This document shows, one piece after another, positions 25,116-37,290 of a DNA stretch of 64,000 nt. The translations under genes and the position numbers were made by a program. The stretch lies in the NCBI RefSeq assembly GCF_018350175.1, contig NC_058368.1, forward strand, positions 132,744,001-132,808,000, given 5' to 3'. Source of the stretch: Felis catus. Taxonomy: Eukaryota. Every line of letters starts with the position of its first letter. Positions within the stretch are counted from its first letter, which is position 1. Below the pieces are notes generated by a model. It saw only the letters and a list, made by a program, of their open reading frames with translations. It was not told the origin of the DNA and did no database searches.

Positions 25116-25866
25116 TAGCCACTGTATTCTTTGTTTCTTTATCTGTAAAATGAGGCGCTGGTGTAAAAAGTTTTGTTCCTTAGTCCATCCAGTTCAGTTT
25201 TCACAGGATTGAAAATATAGTACTTGTCTGAGGTAGAGTATGAGAAAAACCATGTTCTTTTTGACTTCTAATTTGTGATACCTCTTCCTTGTGACTTTAG
25301 GGCAATTTCATGAGTTCAGACCAGCAGTTTTAAAGTAGGTTCCTGAGTGACTTTCCTGTTTTTGTGCGCAGTCTGTGTATACTTCCTGCAGAGAGACTGT
25401 TTTAATAATAGCAACATACTTCTGAAACAACATACTTCTTTGACCCCATCACCGTTTTTATCTTTGGAAAGGCTCTGAAGTGTTACTGGGTGTTAAGAAT
25501 AGTTTACTCTTCAGTGTGCAGTTGCCAAACTGAATTTATTTTTTACTCAAACTGGATAGAGCCCGACTAATATAATGACTACCCAGAATTCAAGTTTTTC
25601 ATAGAGCATCTTGCTATCCTACAACTCTGGGGGAGGGGCAGTCTCAGGGAACGCACGAACATGCGTTGAGTAGAATTTTCCCCCCAAGAAGTGTTTTCTC
25701 TCTAATCTATACCTCAATGCTTATCTTTAAGGGGACTGGCTCTAGAAAGATAATCCTGGCAGGACCTTTAAATTACATAATTACACAGAGATGATATCTA
25801 ATAAAAAGTTGCCTGCTCTGTAATTCCAGCATATCTGTCTATATATTAAGTTCATTAGCAAACTGG

Positions 25867-25876
25867 AATAATAATG

Positions 25877-25915
<39 letters not shown>

Positions 25916-25928
25916 GTAGTAGTAGTAG
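25867..25928. repeat. (AAT)n followed by (GTA)n compound microsatellite
   Basis: Read directly from the sequence. Confidence 0.95.
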
Positions 25929-25976
25929 CTTCCTATCTTAGGAGGTTGTTGGGCTGATCAAAATGACAATTCATGT

Positions 25977-26203
25977 GGGGTGCCTGGGTGGCGCAGTCGG
26001 TTAAGCGTCCGACTTCAGCCAGGTCACGATCTCGCGGTCCGTGAGTTTGAGCCCCGCGTCGGGCTCTGGGCTGATGGCTCAGAGCCTGGAGCCTGGTTCC
26101 GATTCTGTGTCTCCCTCTCTCTCTGCCCCTCGCCCGTTCATGCTCTGTCTCTCTCTGTCCCAAAAATAAATAAACTTTGAAAAAAAAAAGTTTAAAAAAA
26201 AAA
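25977..26203 (+). mobile_element. Young felid-type CanSINE inserted in a MIR
   Basis: Diagnostic 'ggcgcagtcgg...cagccaggtcacgatctcgcgg...ctgggctgatggctcag'; TSD gacaattcatgt. Confidence 0.97.
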
Positions 26204-27817
26204 AGACAATTCATGTAAAACACTTGGCACGACATCTGGCACAGACTCAATGGCGATAAATGTATGATTATTACATTATGACGATCTGTAAAAAGAATGC
26301 TTGTCATAGAGAGTTGTTCTGAGGCTCAGAAGGGATAAAGCATGTAAAGCCTTTAACATAGTGCTCAGCACATAGGAAACATTTAGGAATAGTTTCTGCT
26401 GTTGCTACTAATAGAAGAAACTTATGGTTCTTTTTGAGAAATAAGAATATTTCCAAAATCAGTCGCTAGCAATATTTATATTATTTGCGAGTGAAAAAAA
26501 TATCTTCTGATTAGAACTCCATTTTTACTGATATTTATCAATTTAACCCTATTTTGAGTCAGCAAAGTAGTATTATGGTTAATTATATAAAACATATTAT
26601 AGTGAAAAATACATCCCAGGTTGCCACTTACCAGCTATTCCATCTGAGGAATTCCAATGAAATGGGGAACTCAAATTCTGGATTTTTCTAAGCCTTCTTC
26701 TTATCTTTAAAAGGGCTATAGTAATAATTACCTTACATACTTCACATGACTATAATAAAAGAATATATAAGATTGGGTTAATTAAAGAACTTTGCAAAGG
26801 GTAAAAAGAATAATGCCACTAAAAGAAGATTTCTTGATTTCCTGTGCATCTACTAAATGCCAAGCTTATGCTACGTAGTTTCTTTATATTATCTCAGTTG
26901 ATCCTCACAATGACCCCATGAAGTAGGTCCTATTTTTATGTCTGTTTTTACAAGTGAGGATACAAACTAACATTTATTCAGACTCCTGATCACTCTTAAC
27001 CTCTTTACAAATGCAAGGTGTTGTTATCTTTGTATGGTGGTCTAATGAGCGGTTTTTATGACATGGTGATGATATAAAAAACAGATACAGATAATTATTT
27101 CAAATATTAATTTCCTCACGTGTTTTATTCATATATATCGTATATTTTTAAGGGAACAGTGCTAAATAAAAATAAGGACTCCCCCCTACAAACAGGTGTA
27201 TAAAAAATGAGTATTTCCTGAGATGACATGGACAGGTTCCTTCTCCAAATAGAAGCCAGGCCAACCAGTGCCTCTTTCTCTTCTAGAAGGCACCCACTGA
27301 GGGACATGGGACTTCACAAGGGAAATAGAGAAGTCCTCTCTCCCAAAAAGATTACGATTCATAGATGGGTCACACACAATGGAATCTGGAACGGTTGCAC
27401 ACTTCTCAAAGAGCATTTGAATTTTATGAGGAAGGGGGGCATGGTCAAGCCTGCAACCATTACTGCCAATAAGTTGGTTTAGTCGTCAGATTGAATATAG
27501 TTTAAATTTCGATGCATTCCTTGGTTCTAGCCCCAAATAATTATTTTACTGTAGACTATAAGTTTTATAAAAATTCCTATACATGAACCTTTTAAAACTG
27601 CTAACAGCTGAGCTTTGACATTGTCAGACCCTTAGAGTCTTTGAAAGTCCTTGCCAAGAAACTTGTGATCTAGGTGTGATCTGGGCTTTGCTGCTTACTT
27701 AGACTGAATTTTAAATTTAAAAAATGGCCTCAAGCATAATAACTGCAGTGTATTTTAGCTGTCAATCTGTAATTACCCACCAGAACACCAAGATTTTGAT
27801 TCTTGGTGAGGTGGAAT

Positions 27818-28012
27818 CAGTAGCATGTGAGAGCCGGAAGGTGAGAGCTGATTGTTAAATATTCAGGATTTTGAGTGCTGGTTATTAAACCCTGGTAGCC
27901 TAAACTCAGTCACAATGGGAGTATTTACACCACAGAAATTAGCAAATACTGGAAATCAGCCCAGTCCCACATGGTTTGTGCCCCAGAGAGCTGGTTTACC
28001 ATCACACCCCTG
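27818..28012 (+). mobile_element. MER63A-like hAT-Blackjack MITE
   Basis: 'gagagctgattgttaaatattcagga', 'gggagtatttacaccacagaaattagcaaat', 3' end 'agagagctggtttaccatcacacccctg'. Confidence 0.75.
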
Positions 28013-28918
28013 GGCCAGAGACATCCTGTTTGCAGTGAGATGTCAGGAAGTGAATTGCAGACCTAACGCTCTGTTGCCAAAAATCAGCAACCTGCTTCTC
28101 CTAATACCTAGAAAGTTACCAACCCAGGCAAATATAAAACTCAGAATAGCAATGTTTAGAGATCAATTTGCATCCCTGAAGGGCAGAAGTTCTCTTTCAA
28201 GTGTCAGCTGCTGCTTGGCAATGATAGGTTGCCATGAAGTACCAAAATATCCTGACGTCTGTGGCAAGCAAGTTACTCATTCTCCTGGTCAGCAGAGTGA
28301 GGGGACATTCATGCCTCAAAACATGATGGGATTATCCTTCCAATACCATTATTCATGATGAATGTGTTTGAAGATTATAGAGTAATGGGATGGGAAAAAC
28401 TAGAACTCACACAGTTGAAACTTGAAGAATAATTCTCCACTGGAATAGTTATTCATTATTCTGCTAATATTCCCGTGTATAAACTCTGCTTTCTCTGTAT
28501 GTCAGCCAGTCTAGAGCTTCTAACTTTACATTTCATCTTCCAGGGAATGTTCCAAGAAGCATGTTTGTCATTTTATTCATTTTCTGCAGATTTACTAGGC
28601 CTCTATTTAATTCACCCAAGGCCTAACAGAATGTCTCACTCAAGCCCATGAATGCTTGTATTTCTTAGTCTTTGTGGCCCAAAGTATAGAAATGAAATGT
28701 AGCCTTGGAATACAATCCAGGCTCTTTGCCAAGAAAAGAAATATAAATTTCTTCAGACAGTTACTATGGAGTGCCCGGTTTGAATCTAGTGAGATCTCCC
28801 CCCAAAGTGGAATGCATATCTTACTTTCAAGACAGCCTCAGAAAAAAGAGCTACATGAGGCATCTTTATGAGCTGGGTGGGCGTGGAGTTTAGAAACTTT
28901 AAAAATTAACATGTAAAG

Positions 28919-29093
28919 CAGGAATTCTCAACCGTATCTCATGTTAGAATCACCTAAGGGGCTTAAAAAAAAAAAAACTCAATGCTCAGGCTCAGACCAA
29001 TTAAATGAGAATTTTGGACATGGGACCCAGACCCTGCTAGTCTCTCCAGCTCCCCAGATGGTTTCAGCATACACCAAGGTTTGAGAACCATTG
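28919..29093. mobile_element. MER5A-like hAT-Charlie MITE
   Basis: TIR-like ends 'caggaattctcaa' / 'tttgagaaccattg'; 'ttagaatcacct...cagaccaattaaat'. Confidence 0.8.
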
Positions 29094-29098
29094 ACTTA

Positions 29099-29299
29099 GG
29101 GGTGCCTGGGTGGCGCAGTCGGTTAAGCGTCGACTTCAACCAGGTCACGATCTCGCGGTCCGCGAGTTCGAGCCCCGCGTCAGGCTCTGGGCTGATGGCT
29201 CAGAGCCTGGAGCCTGTTTCTGATTCTGTGTCTCCCTCTCTCTGCCCCTCCCCCCGTTCATGCTCTGTCTCTCTCTGTCCCAAAAATAAATAAACGTTG

Positions 29300-29330
<31 letters not shown>
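29099..29330 (+). mobile_element. Young felid-type CanSINE
   Basis: Diagnostic positions, long poly-A; TSD gagaaccattga(c/a)tta duplicates the MER5A end. Confidence 0.97.
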
Positions 29331-29569
29331 GAGAACCATTGAATTAAAGCAGTAAGATTAGCTTTCTGCCAGGTGACATTTATTATGTTTAGTCTCCTTC
29401 CTAATACATTAGAAATCTTCATTTCCTTGGTATCTGATTATCCCATTCTTGACTTTGAGACTTAAAATAGACAATGAATCATGCATTAAAAACAATGATC
29501 TGGGATAAGCCAGCTACCTGACATACCACAGTTATGATCATGTCACATCCTTGCTAAAAAGCTTCTTTG

Positions 29570-29990
29570 TTGATAAGATCTGATATTGGTGAAGGTATGG
29601 AGGAAAAAGCATTCCAAAACACGTTCTTTAACAGCATAAATTGATATAATTTTTCCAGAGGACAATTTGAAAACATATATCAAATTTTAACATGTATATA
29701 TCTAGCAATTCCACTTTCAGGAACTTAGTCTAAAGAAATACCTGGGTGTGGAAGATAATCATACAAAGATATTTATTGCAACATATTGGTTATGTTAATA
29801 TCTATTTTTCTAATTCTTTTTTCATTTCAGGACATCCAAACTTTGAGATGCCTGAGGCTAAGAGTCTTCATAGCATGTATTGACATGCAAAGGTATTCAT
29901 GATACATTACTCTCTGAGAAAAACAAGGCAGGTGGCTGAAAAACATGACAGTATAATTCTACTTATGTTAAAAATTAGATCTATATTTTT
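29570..29990 (+). mobile_element. Old L1 (L1ME-like) fragment
   Basis: 'tattggtgaaggtatggagg...tagcaattccactttcaggaacttagtctaaagaaata...caaagatatttattgcaaca'. Confidence 0.65.
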
Positions 29991-29994
29991 ATGA

Positions 29995-30214
29995 GTTAAA
30001 ATTTTTTAATGTGTATTTATTTTTGACAGAAGGAGAGAGCACGAGCAGGGGAGGGAGAGAGAGAGAGGGGGAGACACAGAATCAGAAGCAGGATCCAGGC
30101 TCTGAGCTATCAGCACAGAGCCCAATGCAGGGCCTGAACGAACAAACTGCAAGATTATGACCTAAACCTTAACCGAATTCGGAAGCTTAACTGACTGAGC
30201 CACCCCGGCGCTCC
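29995..30214 (-). mobile_element. CanSINE
   Basis: Reverse-complement element. Confidence 0.92.
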
Positions 30215-30241
30215 ATACGTTTTTATGAATTTTTAAATGTT

Positions 30242-30440
30242 GGGGTTGCCTGGATGGCTCAGTCGGTTGAGCATGTAACTCTTGATTTCAGCTCAGGTTG
30301 TGATCCCAGGGTCATGGGATCCAGCACTGTGTGGAGCTCGGAGCCTGCTTGGGATTCTCTTTCTCCTCCTGTGCCCCTCCCCCACTCACACACACACTCT
30401 CTCTCTCTCACTCTCTCTCTCTAAAAAAAAAAAAAAAAAA
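30242..30440 (+). mobile_element. CanSINE (older, internally deleted)
   Basis: Head, (CA)/(CT)n, poly-A. Confidence 0.9.
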
Positions 30441-30464
30441 TACTAAAATTTAAAAAGCAAACAG

Positions 30465-30730
30465 AGGCGCCCGGGTGACTGCATCAGTTAAGCCTCGGAC
30501 TTTGGCTCAGCTCATGATCTCATGTTTGTGGGTTCAAGCCCCACATCAGGCTCCATCAGGCTCTGTGCTGACAGCTCAGAGCCTGGAGCTGCTTCAGATT
30601 CTTTGTCTCCCTCCCTCTCTGTTCCTCCCCTGCTCACACTCTGTCTGTCTGTCTCTCTCTCCCTGTGTTCCTTCCCTGCTTGCACTCTATCTCTGTCTCT
30701 CAAAAGTAAATAAAGATTTAAAAATTTTTT
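30465..30730 (+). mobile_element. CanSINE with internal duplications
   Basis: Duplicated 'catcaggctc' and duplicated (CT)n/'cccctgct' block. Confidence 0.92.
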
Positions 30731-32544
30731 TTAAAAACCAAACAACAAAAAGTTGGAAAGGCACCCAAACTATTAACAGTGATTATTTCTGGGAACTAAA
30801 ATTATATGTGGTAGGAGGGAGGGAAACTTTAGCTTTATTCTTTCTATACTTCTGTATCATTTGAGTTTTTAAAAGTGCACATATGTCACTATTATAATTT
30901 AAATAATTTATGCATTAAATCATCTTGCCTCACCACTTCCTGTGGAATGAAGTATAACCTCCTTCGCTTTATCATTAAAGCACTCACCAGCTTGTCCCTC
31001 CACTACTTTCGCCAGTCTTTTAGAAATGTTTGTTGATAGAATTGAGGGTACTCTTCACTCTCCTATTTACACTCACGTGAGCCCAACCGTTCTCACCGAA
31101 TGTGCTTTCATGTTTTCCACCTCTGGGAGCCCCTTTCCCCTTGCCTGCAATGCTTTCCCTCTTCTCCATTAGCTAAAATCCAACTAAGCTACAAAGCTCA
31201 GATCTGGTACTACTGACAGGGTCCTCCCTCCCTGGATTCATCTATAATATGATGTCTGATACTCAGGAAGTGATCATTATTGAAGGAAGTTATGAATAAA
31301 TCTTCCCAGTCAAGTTCAAATTTCTGTTAAGTTTGGTTTTCTCGTTTGTAAAATGGGACACACTATGACCTATCATGTTGGGTCATTGTGAGAGTTATGA
31401 TAATTATGAAAAGCACTTACCGCAGTAGCAGAACATAGTTATCCATTAAAAAGCTGATATTATGATGATCTTTTTCATTATCTGTTGACATCTTATCTCT
31501 CTGTCTAGATTGTCAACTCCTGGATAGCAGAAACTGTGTGCCATATATTCTAGTATCCACTAAACTCTGTGCAGTAGAGGTTCCTATATGATACATACTT
31601 AGTTTTTGTTGTTCGTGACAATAATGAGGATTGTGAAATATACATACTATTAACCTCAAAGAAATAACGAATCACTTTGTTTGGCTATTAACTTAATGAA
31701 TCACTTAGTTTGGAAAATATTATGACTTCATGGTTCCAGGAATAAAATACTAACAGGAAATTATAACATTAAAGCATTGCTGACATGAAGTGTACAAATA
31801 AAACAATATGCTCTTTCTTCAATGAAATCCCAGAAAATAGGATAAGTCATTCCTAGAATTCTATTTTCACAAACACAGTCAATACTTATAAGATGCTAAA
31901 TAACAATAGCGAATTATTTACAGAAAACACCAGATGAATTTGGTTTGTTTAATATCTTGTTGGCAGATAACACATCATGCTTCTGCAGAAGGCTCCATGT
32001 GTTCAAGATTTTTGACATAATGGGACTTTACATGCTGTGATACAAGTGGAATGTTCTACCGCAAAGACATAACAAGAACCACCAAACCTTGTTATGTTCA
32101 TGTCCTCGGGTTCTAGCTTAAAATCACCACTAGATTACAGCTTCAGAATCTCAGTCAAGTTATTAGCAGCTTGACTGAAACAGTTTCTGTTCTCACTTAA
32201 TCCCACCGGACAGACGTGATCCCTGTGGCACGGCACGGTGCCACGGGGACAACTGGGGTCACCTGATACAGTACATTGCCCTAGGACAACGAAAGTCAGA
32301 TTGTTATTTTATCTTTAGAGGCCCAACAAGTATTTTGCTGAGCGTGGCTTCTTAGTTGGTGTGTGTGTCTGCTCATGACTTTACAGTTTAACAGACATTG
32401 TCCCTGAGCAGTGTATGTTTAACTCTGTGTCCAGTAATCAAAACAGTCAATTGAAGTGTGAGCCATTAAAAAAGATACATAAATACTTTAAATATTTTCT
32501 TTAAACTCAGTACCTATATGTGCAACTAGTTCAGCAATCTTGTT

Positions 32545-32743
32545 GTTGTTGTTGTTATTTATTTTTTATTTTTTGAAAGAGCAAGAGAGTGTGAGCAGGA
32601 GAGAGAGGGACAGAGAGAGGGACAGAGGATCTGAAGAGGGCTCTGTGCTGACAGCAGAGAGCCTGATATGCTTGAACTCACGAGCGAGACCATGACCTGA
32701 GCTGAAGTCGGACGCTCAACATACTGAGTCACCCAGGTGCCCC
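32545..32743 (-). mobile_element. CanSINE
   Basis: Reverse-complement element with (TTG)n tail. Confidence 0.92.
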
Positions 32744-32780
32744 TGTTTTAATTTTTTAATTTTTTGAGAGTTCAGCAATC

Positions 32781-33009
32781 TTTTTTTTTTTTATAAATTT
32801 TTTTTTCAAAGTTTATTTATTTTTGGGACAGAGAGAGACAGAGCATGAACGGGCGAGGGGCAGAGAGAGAGGGAGACACAGAATCGGAAACAGGCTCCAG
32901 GCTCTGAGCCATCAGCCCAGAGCCCGACGCGGGGCTCGAACTCACGGACTGCGAGATCGTGACCTGGCTGAAGTCGGATGCTTAACCAACTGCGCCACCC
33001 AGGCGCCCC
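32781..33009 (-). mobile_element. Young felid-type CanSINE
   Basis: Diagnostic positions; TSD agagttcagcaatctttt. Confidence 0.97.
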
Positions 33010-33765
33010 AGAGTTCAGCAATCTTTTGATGAAGGTTCAAACAGGGACTTCACAGTGGACCTGCTGATTATCAACAACTGGTTTTTGTTTTTTAAAGAGT
33101 AAGGCACTCAAACCAACCAAGCAAAACAACAACAACAACAAAACAAAAACAAAAAACCCCAGCATATATGACATGAGCTAATTTATGCAAAATGTATAAA
33201 GATGCTGGAAAAACTGATGCAAAAATGGAACTTCATGGTAACAGGCAAGGGGGGAGAGCAGGTTGCAGAATAATGAGTTTGTTATGGTCTTATCCCAGCA
33301 AAAGCAAATAAAACTCCTCTGCATACCCATACACAGAGTGAAAGAACAAGGGGGAACGCATGGGAGGTTGCTAACACTGGTAAACTCAAGAGGATGAAGA
33401 CCCAGAATGTGGAATGTAGCAAGGGAGGAAGGAAATAATTAGCTTTGATTTTAGACACCTTTGTATTGTAATGAATTATTAGAGAAACACGTTGTCAGTT
33501 TGATACTATGAAATAGATGTAATTACTGGAAAACTGAAAAGAATCTACAGAGGAATTATTAGAATTAATGTGAGAATTCAGTAAAATTGCTAGATAAAAA
33601 TCAACATTTATTGTATTTCTGAACACCAGCAACAAGCTGTCGGGAAACACCATTTTACGACAGCAACAAGAACTATAAAGAACACTGGCGTAAATCTAAC
33701 AAAACATATGCAAGACTTGTATGGAGATGATTATAAACTTTATTGACAGCCATCAAAGAAGATTT

Positions 33766-33957
33766 TGGGGGCGCCTGAATGGCTCAGTCAGTTAAGCATC
33801 CAACTTTGACTCAGGTCATGATCTCATAGTTGGGCTTCAAGCCCCTCATCAGGCTGCACATTGACAAAACTTAAGATTCTTTCTCCCTCTCTCTGCCCCT
33901 TCCACATGTGTTTTTCTCTCTCTTTCTCCCTAAAAATAAATAATAAACTTAAAAAAA
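33766..33957 (+). mobile_element. CanSINE
   Basis: Head, (CT)n, tail. Confidence 0.92.
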
Positions 33958-34007
33958 GAGTTCAATATCTGGAAAGAAATCACTTTTTTAGACAGGAGGA
34001 TTCGGTA

Positions 34008-34232
34008 TTTTTTTAAAGTTATTTATTTATGTATTTATTTTGAGAGAGACGGAGACAGCGCAAGTAGGGAAAGGGCAGAGAGAGAGGGAGACAGAGAATT
34101 CCAAGCAGGCTCTGCACTGCCAGCTCAGAGCCCAACGTGGGGCTTGAAACCATGAACCCAAAGCCCCGGGAACATAACCTGAGCCAAATCCAAGAGTCAG
34201 ACGCTTAACCGACTGAGACACTCAGACGTCCC
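34008..34232 (-). mobile_element. CanSINE
   Basis: Reverse-complement element; TSD-like caggaggattcggtatttt / caggaagactcagtatttt. Confidence 0.92.
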
Positions 34233-35175
34233 AGGAAGACTCAGTATTTTAAGAAAACTCGCAAAACAAGTCTGTAGCTACAGGAGAGGAACGGTGATTA
34301 TGACAGTGTGGTATTGGTGGAAGAATAGACAAAGAGACTGGTGGAACACAATGGAGAGCCCCCACACAATCAACACATTATGGAAAGTTGATTTCTGGCC
34401 GTGTCATGAAACCACTGAAGACGATTGTCTTGCCCAGAGTGATGCCCTCTCCCTGCGGCCAGTAAGTGGTCACGTGGGGCTGTACAGCCCTAGGCCCTGG
34501 CCCCGTATGGACAACGAAGTGCCTCAGATTCAAAGCTCCCGGTGAGTGAGCTGAAGCTTTCCTTGCGATTTCATCACAGCCCTGCTTCCTCCCCTTCCCT
34601 TTCCCGTGCACACTGTCTCAGAGTCTGCCTCCCCAGTGGAATATGAACTGGCATGAGCACTTTCCGAAACAGTTTGGAATTACTCGGTAAGGTGGAAGAT
34701 GCATAAACCTTACAACTTAAATTCCAGTCCTAGGTACTCTAGAGACACTCTCACCCAAAAAATTTACAGCAGAGTTCTTCTTGGTGGAGAGAGATGACGA
34801 TGTCATCAGGAAGGTTGCCATGTGGGCTTCTAAGGCAGAGCAAAGATTAAATTCACACAAACAAGGATAACATACAGAGGGGTGCTCCTATAAAATGAAG
34901 AGATGGAGAGCTGACTTGTCTCAGGGACCATTACTTTGTTTTCAAGTGCTGAGGGACGTGAGGGTGAGCTCCCTGGCAGTTAACGGAATCCAGAACAGTT
35001 GCACCGTCTCCAGAAGGGGAGTCTGGAAGTGGGTTTTGAAGCCTGGTTAAAGTTTGAACTAGTGGGAGGGAGGCTGAGGGGACAGGCTGAGGTAAGGGGG
35101 ACAGTACCAGCACAGGCTCTCTAAGCTGGCCAAAGCACAAAGAGCCGAGTGTATAGTTAGAATTTTTGCTACATA

Positions 35176-35350
35176 GGGGCACCTGGGTGGTTCAGTTGGT
35201 TAAGCGTCCGACTTCGGGTCAGGTCATGATCTTACAGTTTTTGACAGTGCAGGGCCTGCTTGGGATTCTCTCTCCCTCTCTCTCTGCCCCTCTCCCGCTT
35301 GCTCGCTCTCTCTCTCTCTCCCCCCCCCCAATATAAATAAATAAGCTTAA
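35176..35350 (+). mobile_element. CanSINE (internally deleted)
   Basis: Head and tail present; B-box region missing. Confidence 0.9.
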
Positions 35351-36714
35351 GTAAAAAGAATTTTTGCCATGTAGAATGGGACCAGATAATGGAATAGCTG
35401 GAAAGCCAATTAAAATGATGCATATTTGGTTCATTGGGAAGAAGAGCAGAGGAGGGGATTCCTGGAAGAGGTATTTCAGGAAGGGATTCCCGCACAGTTC
35501 CTGTTCCTGGGGGCAGGATTTTCACCTGTATGAACATGTGCTCTTGTCCCAACTGGGAAAAAAAATGCTTGTAATAAATGGCAATGGTGAATAAGACCAG
35601 CAGCTAACTTGGAACAATGTCTTAACTTAATTAATTACCGGCATCTATTTGATTGTCCAGTTTGGTGCTGGTCTCTGACGAGCAGTGTGTTCTCAGAGGC
35701 AGCTGTTGTTTCTGACGGCGTTGTTGTCTTTGCATGCTAAAATGGTTAACGTTGTCCTTAAATGACTGCATGGAGAGCTGCTCTGTCTTTCTGATTACAA
35801 TAGCATCTATGTCTGATCTTAGACAAGCCGCGCTTATATTCACGGATCTACTGATTGCAGTGGGAGAGTCCATCCTGCCATTCTGTTATGTGCACTGTGC
35901 CACTGACACATTATATTTTTCTCAAAGCTGGAAGCCATGAAGGTACTAGACAAGGTCTCACATCCTGAAAAGGTTCAATGTTGCTTTTGTTTCCAGCGCC
36001 TATTACCTCTTTGGAAGACGCTTGATTAAAATACAGTGTTACTGGGCCTGAGGTTTCAGGTTAATCCCTTGGTGAGAGTTAGTTTTCTTTAGTTTCTCTG
36101 GCTTCAGATGGTATTTCTAGTGATTGCTTTGGCTCCTTTCACAAAAATGGGGCCACACAACAATCCATCCCTGTAGTTTAATTCCACTGTAGATTCTGGA
36201 GCTAATCCTCTTCTTAAACCAGGGAAATCACAGAACCTGGGCTGTTAGTTCCATGGTGTCCAGCAAAATAGTTGCCGTATCTGATCCCCTTCAGTTACTG
36301 CAACTTCCAGACAGGATAGGACACTGGTCTTGCTTTTTGTGACCAAGTCTCTTTAGTCCTTATAAGTAGCTAGTCTTATCTCTGTATATATCCCTTTCCT
36401 TTAGGGTTCCAGACTTTCCCACTTCACTCCCAAATCTCAGGAAATGCCCTCTACCCAACCTGAATGCCCCTGTATGGGACTGTGTTATGTACCACCGTGT
36501 CCTCATGTCCTCCAACCACTAGAGAAAATGCAAAGCGGCCCCTCCATACACCGTTTCCCAAGGAAGAGGAGCTCACAGGTAAACTGGCCAACACACTTGG
36601 GCTATATAACTTGCGTGGTGTGTGTGTGTGTCTCTGTGTGTGTGTGTGCATGCACCATGTGTGTGGTGGAAGGAAGGAAAGGAAAATGGGGTTAAAAACA
36701 AGTAAGTAAAATAA

Positions 36715-37290
36715 GTTTTTTCCTACTGCATTTTGAAGTGTAACATACATAAAGTATAGAAATTTTTAAAAAGTTTTTAATGTTTGTTTACTTTTGAGAG
36801 AGAGAGAGACAGAGTGCAAGCAGGGGAGGTACAGAGAGAGGGACACACAGAATCTGAAGCAGGCTCCAGGCTCTGAGCTGTCAGCAAAGAACCCAATGCC
36901 GGGATCAAACCCACGAACTATGAGCTGATGACCTGAGCCAAAGTTGGACACTTAACCAACTGAGCCACGCGGGTGCCCCCATAAAGTATAGAAATTTTAA
37001 ATGTATACTTTCATGAATTTTTACATATTGGATACACTCAGGTCACTCCTATACAGATCAAGATACAGAACCTTCCTCACTGCCCAAAAAGAGGTCCTGA
37101 ATCCCTTTCCAGGCAGTATCTACCAACCCCACCAGCCTGTACCCAGAAATAATTACTATTCTGACATCTGTCACCATATGTTAGTTTTGCTGTTCTTGAA
37201 CCTCATATAAATGGAGTAATACAGTATGTTCTTTTTGTATCTGGCTTCTTTTGCTCATTGTTATGTCTGTAGTATTCATCCATGTTGTTA
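36715..37290 (-). mobile_element. Old L1 (L1ME/MC-like) 3' fragment
   Basis: 'cagatcaagatacagaacct...tattctgacatctgtcacc...cctcatataaatggagtaatacagtatgttctttttgtatctggcttcttttgctca'. Confidence 0.8.
36763..36979 (-). mobile_element. CanSINE
   Basis: TSD ataaagtatagaaatttt. Confidence 0.95.

Larger units (their letters stand above)
33528..34395 (+). mobile_element. Old L1 ORF2 fragment (L1ME-like) interrupted by two SINEs
   Basis: 'aaagaatctacagaggaattattagaattaatgtgagaattcagtaaaattgctag' resembles ORF2 KESTKKLLELINEFSKVAG; 'acagtgtggtattggtggaagaatagacaa' encodes TVWYWWKNRQ. Confidence 0.8.

Noticed and set aside
27852..28358. 168-aa plus-strand ORF
   Set aside because: It begins inside the MER63 MITE with a TTG start and has no recognisable homology or splice support.
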